Below are positions 7,560 through 16,106 of a stretch of 25,929 nucleotides of DNA, piece after piece. The notes under the pieces were generated by a model that did no database searches, had not been told where the DNA came from, and saw nothing but the letters and a program-made list of their open reading frames with translations. The stretch spans positions 1 to 25,929 of the forward strand of contig CAYYBU010000001.1 of the NCBI GenBank assembly GCA_964469945.1, in the 5' to 3' direction. This DNA is from an uncultured Planctomycetaceae bacterium. GTDB lineage: Bacteria > Planctomycetota > Planctomycetia > Pirellulales > Thermoguttaceae. The translations under genes were made by a program, and so were the position numbers. The first letter of the stretch is position 1. Each line of letters begins with the position of its first letter.

Positions 7560-9171
7560 CCCCTTCCCGGCGGCCTGCTTGTTGGCGCCGGAGCAACTGG
7601 CGCCCATGATTCGATTCTTTCGCGATGATCTGGCGCGAAAACATGGCCAAGCGCGGCGCATGCAACATGCCGGCGACCGCAGCGGCGGACTGCTGGCCTG
7701 GGGACGCCAGTATCTGCCGGCCCATTTCACCCGCCCGCCGTCGAACTTGCACCGCTGGCTGGCCGAGGAGTTGGATGCCATGCGGACGCAGCGCGGCTCG
7801 CGGCTCAACGTGCTGGGGCCGCGCGGCACGGCCAAATCGACCGTGGGCACGCTGGCCTTCCCCTTGCGCGCGGCCCTGGAGTGCTGGGAACCTTACGTGT
7901 GGATCGTCTCCGACACGCGGCACCAGGCCTGCGCCCACTTGGAGAACCTCAAGGCCGAGCTGTTGGACAACCGGCTGCTGGCCGAAGCCTATCCGCAGGC
8001 GACCGGCCGCGGCCTGGTGTGGCGATCGGGCTCGATCGTGCTCCGCAACGGCGTGGCCATCGAGGCCTTCGGCACCGGGCAGCGCATCCGCGGCCGCCGC
8101 CGCGGCGCGCATCGCCCCACGCTCATCATCTGCGACGACCTGCAGAACGACGGCCACATCCAGTCGGCCGTGCAGCGCGAACACTCGCGAAGCTGGTTCC
8201 ACGGCACGCTCATGAAGGCCGGCACGGCGCGGACCAACGTGGTCAACCTGGCCACGGCGCTGCACCGCGAGGCGCTGGCGATGGAGCTGCACCGGCGGCC
8301 CGGCTGGACATCGCGGCTGTTCAAGGCCATTCAGCGCTGGCCGGAGAACATATCGCTGTGGCAGGAGTGGGAAGCGCTCTTCACGGACGTGCAGAACCCG
8401 CGCTACCGCCGCACGGCCCGCGCCTTCTACGAACAGCACCAGCCGGCCATGGACGCGGGGGCCATCGTGCTGTGGCCGGAGGAGGAAGACCTGTACGCGC
8501 TGATGTGCATGCGCGCCGAGGGGGGCCGCACGGCATTCGAGCGGGAGAAACAGAATTCGCCCATCAACCCGGAACTGTGCGAATGGCCGGAGTCGTATTT
8601 CCACGAGGGGATTTGGTTCGATGCCTGGCCGGAGCATTTGCAGGTCAAGACGCTGGCGTTGGATCCGAGCAAAGGGGGCGATGCCCGGCGGGGCGACTAC
8701 TCGGCGCTGGTCATGCTGGGCGTGGATCGGCAGGGGATCGTCTACGTGGAGGCCGACTTGGCGCGGCGACCGACGCCGCAGATGGTGGCCGACGGCGTGG
8801 AGTGCTGCCGGCGTTTTCACCCCGACGTGTTCGGCATCGAGGCCAATCAGTTCCAGGATCTGCTGGCCGGCGAGTTCGAGGGGGAATTCCGCCGCCAGGG
8901 CGTGTTGAACGCACGGCCTTGGCCGCTGGACAACCACACCAACAAACAAGTGCGCATCCGCCGCCTGGGGCCCTATCTTTCCTCGCGGCGATTGCGATTC
9001 AAAAACGGCAGTGCGGGGACGCGGCTGCTGGTCGAACAACTGCAACAGTTCCCCATCGGCGACCACGACGACGGCCCGGACGCGGCGGAAATGGCCCTGC
9101 GCCTGGCGGCCGACCTGTTGGAAGGGCGCCGCAGCCGCGACGGCCTGGGCCATCGTCTGCCGCTGGGATGA
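7546..9171 (+). CDS. terL: Terminase large subunit, 541 aa
   Basis: Walker A PRGTAKST, Walker B IICDDLQ, RNase H-like nuclease LALDPS...DYSAL...IEANQFQ...HDDGPDA. Confidence 0.95.
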   Translation: MSRNDPFPAACLLAPEQLAPMIRFFRDDLARKHGQARRMQHAGDRSGGLLAWGRQYLPAHFTRPPSNLHRWLAEELDAMRTQRGSRLNVLGPRGTAKSTVGTLAFPLRAALECWEPYVWIVSDTRHQACAHLENLKAELLDNRLLAEAYPQATGRGLVWRSGSIVLRNGVAIEAFGTGQRIRGRRRGAHRPTLIICDDLQNDGHIQSAVQREHSRSWFHGTLMKAGTARTNVVNLATALHREALAMELHRRPGWTSRLFKAIQRWPENISLWQEWEALFTDVQNPRYRRTARAFYEQHQPAMDAGAIVLWPEEEDLYALMCMRAEGGRTAFEREKQNSPINPELCEWPESYFHEGIWFDAWPEHLQVKTLALDPSKGGDARRGDYSALVMLGVDRQGIVYVEADLARRPTPQMVADGVECCRRFHPDVFGIEANQFQDLLAGEFEGEFRRQGVLNARPWPLDNHTNKQVRIRRLGPYLSSRRLRFKNGSAGTRLLVEQLQQFPIGDHDDGPDAAEMALRLAADLLEGRRSRDGLGHRLPLG

Positions 9172-9174
9172 GAA

Positions 9175-9258
9175 GTAGGGTGGGACGAGCGCAGCGAAGG
9201 CCCACCAGGATTTGCGAGAGGTCGATGGTGGGCCGTCGCTTCGCTCGTCCCACCCTAC
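9175..9258. repeat. REP-like GTAG palindrome, family C
   Basis: gtagggtgggacgagcgcagcgaaggcccacc...ggtgggccgtcgcttcgctcgtcccaccctac. Confidence 0.9.
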
Positions 9259-9285
9259 GCAACACCAACACCAAGGAGCCGATTC

Positions 9286-10677
9286 ATGGAACCGCAGCCA
9301 CATTCTCATGACACCACCGCCGCGCCGCCCGATCCGCGCTTGGCCGGCTTGCAGCGGCACTTGTCCGAGGCCTTCGACGACCTGTGGGACAGCTTCGTCG
9401 ATCGCGACGAGGCGCTGTACGACGTCGATGGAATGCCTTGGGCCCGCCTCGACAACGACACCATGCCGGGCAAGACGGCCGGCGTGGTCTTCACCCAGGT
9501 GCAACTGGCCGAGATCCGCGGCGAGTGCCGCGCCCTGGCCGTGAGCAACCCGTTTGCCATCAACGGCCACGAGAACCGCGTCAGCTACATTGTCGGCAGC
9601 GGCCACAACTACCAGGCGTCGGCCCGCCGCGGCGGCGCCGCCGGCGACGACCTGCCGGCCGAGGTCCAGACCGTGCTGGACGAGTTCGTCCGCGTCAACA
9701 AGTGGCACCAGCGGCAGCAGGAAATCGTCCGCCGCAAGGACCGCGACGGCGAATGCTTCCTGCGCCTGTTCGCCGCGCCGGACGGCGCCACGCGGGTGCG
9801 GTTCGTCGAGCCGGGCCAGGTGGCCGCGCCCCCCGAGCGCGCCGGCGACCCGACGGCGGCCTTCGGCATTCAAACCGCCGCCAACGACGTGGAGAATGTC
9901 CGCGGCTACTGGATCGACGGCCGGCTGGTCGGCGCCGAAGACGTCCAGCACCGCAAGGAAAACGTGGACGCCAACGTGCGCCGCGGGCTGCCGCTGTTCT
10001 TTCCCGTCCGGCAAAACCTCCGTCGCGCCGAAAAGCTCTTGCGCAACATGAGCGCCGTGGCCGAGATCCAGTCGGCGATCGCCTTGATCCGCAAGCATCA
10101 GGCGACCAGCGGCGCCGCCTTGGACCAGTTCGTGCAAGGCCAGGCCGATTTCAACGTGACCAGCCCCGTGACCGCGCGGACCAGCTACTTCCGCCGTTAT
10201 GCGCCGGGCACGATCCTGGACACCATGGCGGGCACGGATTACGAGTTCCCGGCGTCGGCCATCAATGCGGCCAGCTACGTGGCCGTGTTGCAGGCCGAGC
10301 TGCGCGCCATTGCCGCCCGGCTGGTGATGCCGGAGTTCATGCTCAGCAGCGACGCCAGCAACGCCAACTACAGCTCGACGATGGTGGCCGAGGGACCGGC
10401 GGTGAAGATGTTCGACCGCTTGCAGCACGACATGATCGAGGACGATCTGGAATTGCTCTGGCGCGTGGTGGGCCACGCGGTAGCGGTGGGCCGGCTGCCG
10501 GCCGAGGCGCTCGCGGCGGTGGACATTCGCGCCGTGCCGCCGACACTGGCGGTGCGCGATCGGCTGCGCGACGCCCAGGCCGACCAGATCCTGCTCCGCA
10601 ACGGCGCCATGTCGCCGGCGACGATGGCCATGCGCCACGGGCTGGAGCCGGCCGATGAGCAGCAGGCGGGCTTATAA
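9286..10677 (+). CDS. Phage portal protein, lambda-like family, 463 aa
   Basis: Position after terL; RDGECFLR, VRRGLP, LSSDASNANYSS motifs; AAGGAG SD. Confidence 0.9.
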   Translation: MEPQPHSHDTTAAPPDPRLAGLQRHLSEAFDDLWDSFVDRDEALYDVDGMPWARLDNDTMPGKTAGVVFTQVQLAEIRGECRALAVSNPFAINGHENRVSYIVGSGHNYQASARRGGAAGDDLPAEVQTVLDEFVRVNKWHQRQQEIVRRKDRDGECFLRLFAAPDGATRVRFVEPGQVAAPPERAGDPTAAFGIQTAANDVENVRGYWIDGRLVGAEDVQHRKENVDANVRRGLPLFFPVRQNLRRAEKLLRNMSAVAEIQSAIALIRKHQATSGAALDQFVQGQADFNVTSPVTARTSYFRRYAPGTILDTMAGTDYEFPASAINAASYVAVLQAELRAIAARLVMPEFMLSSDASNANYSSTMVAEGPAVKMFDRLQHDMIEDDLELLWRVVGHAVAVGRLPAEALAAVDIRAVPPTLAVRDRLRDAQADQILLRNGAMSPATMAMRHGLEPADEQQAGL

Positions 10678-10740
10678 CCGCGACCGGGAAGGACTGGCAG
10701 AGCCAGTGGCGCCCGGCCGGTACGATTCCGAAGGAATCGT

Positions 10741-10848
10741 TGTAGGGAACGCCCTCCGTGGCGTTCCGGACGTACCGGTACAAACGGAACGCCACGGAGG
10801 GCGTTCCCTACAGGAGTATGCCGGCGGCGGACGGAGTGTGCCGGATAC
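10741..10848. repeat. Family A palindrome (10741-10812) plus half copy of family B (10831-10848)
   Basis: Perfect 28-bp inverted arms, then acggagtgtgccggatac. Confidence 0.9.
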
Positions 10849-10878
10849 GTCATGGGAAAAATGGCTCAAAAAGAAAGC

Positions 10879-10907
10879 TTGAAAACCGACCGGCCTTGAG
10901 GTATCTT
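10879..10907 (+). promoter_or_regulatory. Putative internal sigma70 promoter TTGAAA-N17-TATCTT
   Basis: TTGAAA 10879-10884, TATCTT 10902-10907; same CTTGAAAAC context as the promoter at 2670; ATG follows 8 nt after the -10 box. Confidence 0.55.
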
Positions 10908-10915
10908 TTTTCTCG

Positions 10916-11098
10916 ATGATCACGCACGGCACAACACCTGCAAACGCGAAGAAAGTGGCGCAGCTCCACGCGGCGCTGGCCGAGCTGTTGGCCGACACGC
11001 TGCGGCGCGGCTTCTTCGGCACGGCCGCCGTGGAACTGAACATTCAGGACGGGACCATCCAGCATATCCGCCGCATGGTGGATCGGATCGAGAAGTAA
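10916..11098 (+). CDS. Small basic 60-aa protein, DUF2292/YezD-like
   Basis: LRRGFFGTAAVELNIQDGTIQHIRR resembles the (F/Y)G-V-x-(I/L)-xx-DG-xxxx-I pattern; no SD, probably leaderless. Confidence 0.65.
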   Translation: MITHGTTPANAKKVAQLHAALAELLADTLRRGFFGTAAVELNIQDGTIQHIRRMVDRIEK

Positions 11099-11115
11099 CG
11101 AGACGAAACTGAATT

Positions 11116-11202
11116 GGTATTGGCGAGAGCCTGTCGCGCGCCGACAGGTATCTGGCCGAGCCCACCGCGAGCCCCGATGGCTCCAGGTGGGCTTTTTTTG
11201 TT
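11116..11202 (+). promoter_or_regulatory. Structured leader RNA motif, copy 2
   Basis: GGTAT-tggcg-AGAGCCTG-tcgcgcgccga-CAGGTATCT-ggcc-GAGCCC...ccgat loop...GGGCT-TTTTTTGTT. Confidence 0.7.
11158..11202 (+). terminator. Intrinsic terminator directly upstream of the capsid genes
   Basis: agcccacc/ggtgggct outer stem, gagcc/ggctc inner stem, ccgat loop, T7 tract. Confidence 0.8.
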
Positions 11203-11242
11203 GCCGCAATCGATCGCACGTGAATCCAGGAAAGGAAAGGCG

Positions 11243-12187
11243 ATGACAGAAACGCTCCAGGAATTTTTCGATTCGCGCGGCGTGGCCGTGCGCGTGGACC
11301 GCCCGGCGGGCGTGATCCGGGGAGTGAAAATCCTCGGCCTCCGTTCGCGCAACGGCCGCAGCTATCTGCCCGAGGCGCTCGTGCAGGCCGCCGCGCTGTA
11401 TGAAGACGCCAAGGTCAACGTGAACCATCCCAAGGGCAACCCGGGCGGACCGCGCGACTACCAGGACCGCATCGGCGTGATTCGCAACGTGGCGGTGCAA
11501 GGCGAGGGCTTGTTCGCCGATTTTCATTTCAACCCCAAGCACGGCCTGGCGGAGCAGCTTCTCTGGGACGCCGAACATGCCCCGGAGAACGTCGGCTTCT
11601 CCCACAATGTCGAAGCCCGCACGGTCCGCCGCGGCCAGGACGTGGTCGTGGAGGCCATCACGCGGGTGCAGAGCGTGGACTTGGTGGCCGATCCGGCCAC
11701 GACGCGCGGGCTGTTCGAGGGGCAAGCCGGCCGGGAAACGCCCGCCGCCGGCGCCCGTGCGGCCCTCTCCCTCGATGACCTGAAACGCGACTACCCCGAA
11801 CTGGTCGAGGCGCTGTGCCAGGAACAGGCCGCCGAGTTGCGGCGGTTGGAAGGCGAACTGACGCGGCTGACGGAAGCGGCGTCGCTCTGCCGCAAGCAGG
11901 AAACCGCGCGGAAGCTGCTGCGCGAATTCCACTTGCCGGAGTGCGATGCGACCGACCCGCGGGCCGCGGCCATCACCAGCCCGCGGTTCATGCACACCTT
12001 GTTGGCGGCGGCCGACGAACCGGCCATGCGCGAACTGGTCGAAGAGCGGGCCCGGCTGGTCCGCACGCTGGGCGGCGCCGAGGCGGCGCAGGCCGCGGCG
12101 TGCGGCAGGCCGCTCTCGCGCGATCAACACCTCGTCGACGGCGCGGGGCCGTGCGACATGCGAAGCTTCGTGGCAGCGATTACCTGA
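11243..12187 (+). CDS. Prohead protease with C-terminal scaffold region, 314 aa
   Basis: ATG 11243 after AAAGG SD (ORF-track start 11114 lies in the leader); VNVNHP (His), VGFSH (Ser), VQSVDLVADPAT as in HK97/U35-like maturation proteases; helical C-terminus. Confidence 0.8.
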   Translation: MTETLQEFFDSRGVAVRVDRPAGVIRGVKILGLRSRNGRSYLPEALVQAAALYEDAKVNVNHPKGNPGGPRDYQDRIGVIRNVAVQGEGLFADFHFNPKHGLAEQLLWDAEHAPENVGFSHNVEARTVRRGQDVVVEAITRVQSVDLVADPATTRGLFEGQAGRETPAAGARAALSLDDLKRDYPELVEALCQEQAAELRRLEGELTRLTEAASLCRKQETARKLLREFHLPECDATDPRAAAITSPRFMHTLLAAADEPAMRELVEERARLVRTLGGAEAAQAAACGRPLSRDQHLVDGAGPCDMRSFVAAIT

Positions 12188-12228
12188 ACTTTACTTTCTT
12201 CCCACCTTTTTTTGGAGAGAACGAACCC

Positions 12229-12720
12229 ATGAGTGACAAGATGCGTTGGCGATATGGCGACACCAATCCCGTGGTGGCGAACGTGGCGGCGACGACCGTG
12301 ATCGAAATCGGCGATCTGCTCTGGCAGGACGCCGACAACGCCAAGCCGGCCGCGATGTTGCCCGACCGCGGCAGCAAGGCGGCCAATCAAGAGGCCTTCG
12401 CGGCGAATTTCCTGGGCGTGGCCATGACGCGCAGCCGCCAGGGGGAGATTGCGCCGGTGCGCGTGGCGACCACGGGCGTGATCGAATTGGACTGCCCGAG
12501 CAGCACCTTCGAGCTGGGCGACCTGATGAGCGTGGACAGCGCGGCCGCGGGCGCGCCGCTGTTGAACCAGCAGGCGATCAAGACGGCGGCGAGCCGTTAT
12601 GCCGTTGGCCGCGTGGCCAAGCGGCAGCCGTTGGCCGGCACCGGCGTGTTGGTCGACATCCGTTCGACCATCATGACGGGCGGCGTTCTCGGCGGCCGCA
12701 GCAGCGGCAGCGGCGTGTAA
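12229..12720 (+). CDS. Head decoration / capsid cement protein (DUF2190-like), 163 aa
   Basis: ATG 12229 with GGAG SD; IEIGDLL...FLGVAM...VRVATTGVIEL...GDL pattern; lies between protease and capsid. Confidence 0.75.
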   Translation: MSDKMRWRYGDTNPVVANVAATTVIEIGDLLWQDADNAKPAAMLPDRGSKAANQEAFAANFLGVAMTRSRQGEIAPVRVATTGVIELDCPSSTFELGDLMSVDSAAAGAPLLNQQAIKTAASRYAVGRVAKRQPLAGTGVLVDIRSTIMTGGVLGGRSSGSGV

Positions 12721-12770
12721 CGCGCCGCGGCGCAGAACCCCAGGACCCATTATCCAAGGAGAAGTCCAAC

Positions 12771-13964
12771 GTGACCGCGATCAAATACCGCGAACTGAAA
12801 CAGATGTACCAGAGCAACGGCCCGGAGCGGACGGTCAAGCACCTCCGCGAGGCGTTGCGGGAAGGGGAGTTGAAGGCGGAGGATTTCAGCCTGCGCGAGT
12901 TGGCCGAGGCGACCGTGGGCCCCGAGTGGGTCAAACGGCTCGACCCGCGCAGCGACGACGGCGTCCCTTTGCTCGAGGCCGGCGACGCCGTGGACGTGAC
13001 CGCCTTTGCCAACATTACCGGACAGATCATCTACTCGACCATCCTGGAGGCCTACACGCAAGAGGCCTTCGTGGTGTCGAAGTTGGTCGATACGGTGCCC
13101 ACGCGCTTCGACGGCGAGAAGATTCCCGGCATCGGCCGCGTGCGCGACGAAGTGGCCGAGGTGCGGCCCGGGATGCCGTATCCCAGCCTCGGGCTGAGCG
13201 AGGACTACATCGAGACCCCCTCGACCACCAAGCACGGTTTCATCGTGCCGGTGACGCGGGAGGCGATCTTCTTCGATCGCACGCACCTGATCGTTCAGCG
13301 GGCGTCGGAGGTCGGCGAAGTGCTGGGCGTGAACAAGGAGAAGCGGTTGTTGGACCTGGTGCTCGGCATCACCAACAACTACAAGTGGAAAGGCGCCAGC
13401 TACAAGACCTATTATGGCTCCGCCGACAACGGGCCGTGGGTGAACGAACTCGGCGAGGAACTGGTCGACTGGACGGACATCGACGCGGCCGAGCAACTGT
13501 TCGCCGAGATCCTCGATCCGTCCACCGGGGAACCGGTGCTGGTGTACCCCAACACGGTGCTGGTGATGCCGGCCTACAGCCATGCGGCGAACCGCGTGCT
13601 CAAGGCCACGGAAATCATCTACGACAGCGCGGCCACCGCGGACGGCCACACCATGACGGCGGCCGCCAACCCCTTGGATTCCTATCGGGTGGCGGAGAGC
13701 CGGCTGGCCTATCGCCGCATCATCGCCGCCGGCATCGCGCCGGAGGAGGCCAAGCGGTGGTGGTTCCTGGGCGACTTCAAGAAGGCCTTCGCCTACATGG
13801 AGAACTGGCCCATCACGGTTACCCAAGCGCGGACCAACAGCGAGGCCGAGTTCAACCAGGACATCGTGCTGCGCTTCAAGGCCAGCGAGCGCGGGGCCGC
13901 CGCGGTCATTAATCCCCGCTACGTCGTCAAGAGCACGGGCGTCAGCCGGGGCAGCGGCCAATAG
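12771..13964 (+). CDS. Major capsid protein, HK97 fold (Mu gpT-like), 397 aa
   Basis: GTG 12771 with AAGGAG SD; size and position; FANITGQII, TTKHGFIVPVTREAIFFD, PNTVLVMP, WFLGDFKKAF, ERGAAAVINPRYVVK. Confidence 0.85.
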   Translation: MTAIKYRELKQMYQSNGPERTVKHLREALREGELKAEDFSLRELAEATVGPEWVKRLDPRSDDGVPLLEAGDAVDVTAFANITGQIIYSTILEAYTQEAFVVSKLVDTVPTRFDGEKIPGIGRVRDEVAEVRPGMPYPSLGLSEDYIETPSTTKHGFIVPVTREAIFFDRTHLIVQRASEVGEVLGVNKEKRLLDLVLGITNNYKWKGASYKTYYGSADNGPWVNELGEELVDWTDIDAAEQLFAEILDPSTGEPVLVYPNTVLVMPAYSHAANRVLKATEIIYDSAATADGHTMTAAANPLDSYRVAESRLAYRRIIAAGIAPEEAKRWWFLGDFKKAFAYMENWPITVTQARTNSEAEFNQDIVLRFKASERGAAAVINPRYVVKSTGVSRGSGQ

Positions 13965-14037
13965 CCGCTTGGTTCGTATGCGAAGGCGCGGCCGCCGGTG
14001 GTCCATGCCGGCGGCCGCGACCGAAAATGAGGTCTTA

Positions 14038-14205
14038 GGCGTCGGAAGACAATTAACTACCGACTTCGTTCTGTAGGGAACGCCCTCCGTGGCGTTCCGT
14101 GACGTGCGAGAAAGGCCTTTTTCCGAGGCACGGAACGCCACGGAGGGCGTTCCCTACAAGGACGCTTTCATCGTCGATTGCGGTAGTTAATTGTCTTCCA
14201 ACGCC
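14038..14205. mobile_element. MITE-like element with 25-bp TIRs and TTA target-site duplication, containing a family A palindrome
   Basis: TIRs ggcgtcggaagacaattaactaccg (14038-14062) and cggtagttaattgtcttccaacgcc (14181-14205), one mismatch; TTA at 14035-14037 and 14206-14208. Confidence 0.7.
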
Positions 14206-14279
14206 TTAGGTCTTGGGAAAGACGAAGAACCGAGGCCCAAACCCCGAACCCTAAGACCCAAGACCACTTGGAGCTAATC

Positions 14280-15509
14280 ATGACGCGATCCACGCAAGCC
14301 TATCAGGGCGGATATATCGAAACCAATCCGGGCAGCACGGATCTCGACAAGCTGCTACAGAATTTCGGTCCGTTGCTGGACGCCGCGCCGCCGAGTTGCC
14401 AGGCCGCCGCGGACCCCGGCGCCGGCGACGACTCGGCGGGTACGGCCGGCCAGGGCACGTTTTTCGTCTTTTCTAAGTGGCTCAACACGGCCAGCGGCGC
14501 GCTGTGGATCTGTACCGATGCCACGCCCACGGCCGCGGTGTGGACACGGTATCGCGGCCCGGCCGGCCCGGCGGGGGCCGATGGCGCAACAGGGCCGGCA
14601 GGCGCGGCAGGTCCAGCAGGCGTTGCCGGGGCCAATGGGGCAACCGGAGCCACCGGTGCTGCGGGACCCAATCTCGTCAACGGCACGACGGCCACGACGC
14701 TGACCGGCCTGCTCAAGGGCGACGGCGCCACAGTCGGCGCGGCGACGGCAGATACCGATTACCTCACGCCGACCGGCGACGGCAGCGGATTGAGTGGTGT
14801 CCTCGGTACGGACGGCGGGACCATTTCGACGAGCACGGACGGCAGCGGCACCCTGACGGCTACCTGTTTTTGCGGTGACGGCTCGCAACTCGTCAATCTG
14901 CCCGGGCCCGCCGCGCTGAATTGCAGCGACCCTAGCTCCCTCGATCACGGCTTAATCGCGACGGACGGCGCCGGCGACCTGACGATGGCCGGCAACCTGA
15001 GTGCCAGTTCCTATGCCTCCACGGGAGCCGATACCTTCTGGGTCGATTCTTATTTATACACAGACCCCCCGCTGAACGAAATGTATGGCTTCACGTATCT
15101 CGGCATGGCAGTTTCTAACAGTAGTGGGTGGTCCGGGAGCGGTCTCGTTCTCGCGAACACTTTTGGTGGCGGTTCTCGGGTAGCGGGAATATCTTTCAGC
15201 GACGACACGCTGTGGTTCTGCTCGGTCCTCGACGATCAACGCTGGGTGGGAATCAGCGGAGATGGGTGCTACGACTTTCTCCAGCAGGGATCTTTGGGCA
15301 CCGGGTTTCTGAATGTCAACAATGTCGCTCACATCGGCACACCCTACGATGACGGCAGCGGGGCGGCCTTGCAGGTGGCCGGCAGCATCAGAGTCACCGG
15401 ATACGCCGAGACCGGCAGCGAGCCCGAAGGCATGATCTATTACGACACGGTCCATCACCGCCTGCGGGTAATGACCAACGCGGGCTGGAAAACGGCCACG
15501 CTGAGTTGA
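14280..15509 (+). CDS. Collagen-like fibre protein (head or tail fibre), 409 aa
   Basis: ATG 14280 with GGAG SD; 13 consecutive Gly-X-Y triplets (GPAGPAGADGAT...GPN); G/S/T/D-rich beta region; C-terminal EGMIYYDT...GWK. Confidence 0.8.
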   Translation: MTRSTQAYQGGYIETNPGSTDLDKLLQNFGPLLDAAPPSCQAAADPGAGDDSAGTAGQGTFFVFSKWLNTASGALWICTDATPTAAVWTRYRGPAGPAGADGATGPAGAAGPAGVAGANGATGATGAAGPNLVNGTTATTLTGLLKGDGATVGAATADTDYLTPTGDGSGLSGVLGTDGGTISTSTDGSGTLTATCFCGDGSQLVNLPGPAALNCSDPSSLDHGLIATDGAGDLTMAGNLSASSYASTGADTFWVDSYLYTDPPLNEMYGFTYLGMAVSNSSGWSGSGLVLANTFGGGSRVAGISFSDDTLWFCSVLDDQRWVGISGDGCYDFLQQGSLGTGFLNVNNVAHIGTPYDDGSGAALQVAGSIRVTGYAETGSEPEGMIYYDTVHHRLRVMTNAGWKTATLS

Positions 15510-15551
15510 GAAAACCGAACACCGATAACTCCATAACCGAAAGGACGCATC

Positions 15552-15917
15552 ATGACGACCCCCAATCCGTTTTTCCCCGTCCAGACTCCCAGCGCGCCCC
15601 AACCGACCCAGGCCCAACTCTTGGCGGCGGCACAGAACCACATGAGCCTGGATGGCCGTCAACTGCTCGCGCAGATGGTCAGTGTCATCCAACGCAACTG
15701 GTCGGCCGTGTGGGCAAACCCCAACTTCACCCCGGCACAGTACGTGGCGCAGCTCGGGACCAGTGCGGCGGAGGTCTTTCGTTGTGCCGGCCTATTGGTG
15801 GGCTGCATTGCAGCCATCAACCCCACGTTGCTCGATCCGAAGTACCTCAGCGCCGCGCAGGCCTACACGGTCCACCCCGACGGTACCGTGACCCTCAACT
15901 CGTCCAGCGGCAGTTGA
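15552..15917 (+). CDS. Hypothetical protein, possibly fibre-associated, 121 aa
   Basis: AAGGA SD, co-oriented, plausible composition; no family recognised. Confidence 0.7.
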   Translation: MTTPNPFFPVQTPSAPQPTQAQLLAAAQNHMSLDGRQLLAQMVSVIQRNWSAVWANPNFTPAQYVAQLGTSAAEVFRCAGLLVGCIAAINPTLLDPKYLSAAQAYTVHPDGTVTLNSSSGS

Positions 15918-15928
15918 TTGGCACACCC

Positions 15929-16063
15929 ATGAATCTCGACCAACTCGCAACCATGCCCCTCGATCAACTTTGCGACGGCAGCCTGTTCTGGTGGGAAGGC
16001 CGCTATGAGATTGCCGCCGGCGAAGTGACCGCCGCCGGAGCGCAGTGCGGCCGGGTGGCCTGA
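15929..16063 (+). CDS. Possible 44-aa hypothetical protein
   Basis: ATG 15929 to TGA 16063 fills the gap (MNLDQLATMPLDQLCDGSLFWWEGRY...); no clear SD. Confidence 0.3.
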   Translation: MNLDQLATMPLDQLCDGSLFWWEGRYEIAAGEVTAAGAQCGRVA

Positions 16064-16106
16064 ATTTGCTTTACGGAACCGAAAAAACCAGGATCGGTGG
16101 TCTACC

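Noticed and set aside
7435-10638. 1067-aa minus-strand ORF and the many other long antisense or alternate-frame ORFs (for example 3418-5178, 4722-7022, 12750-14141)
   Set aside because: Shadow ORFs of high-GC coding DNA: they overlap genes with clear motifs, have no recognisable domains and are R/G/A/P-biased.
11114-12770. ORF-track starts at 11114, 11815, 12246 (also 18077, 18699, 19742, 22036, 23726)
   Set aside because: These extensions run through the leader, repeats or another gene's frame; downstream starts with SD sites or coupled stops (11243, 12229, 12771, 18452, 19260, 19955, 22168, 23930) fit better.
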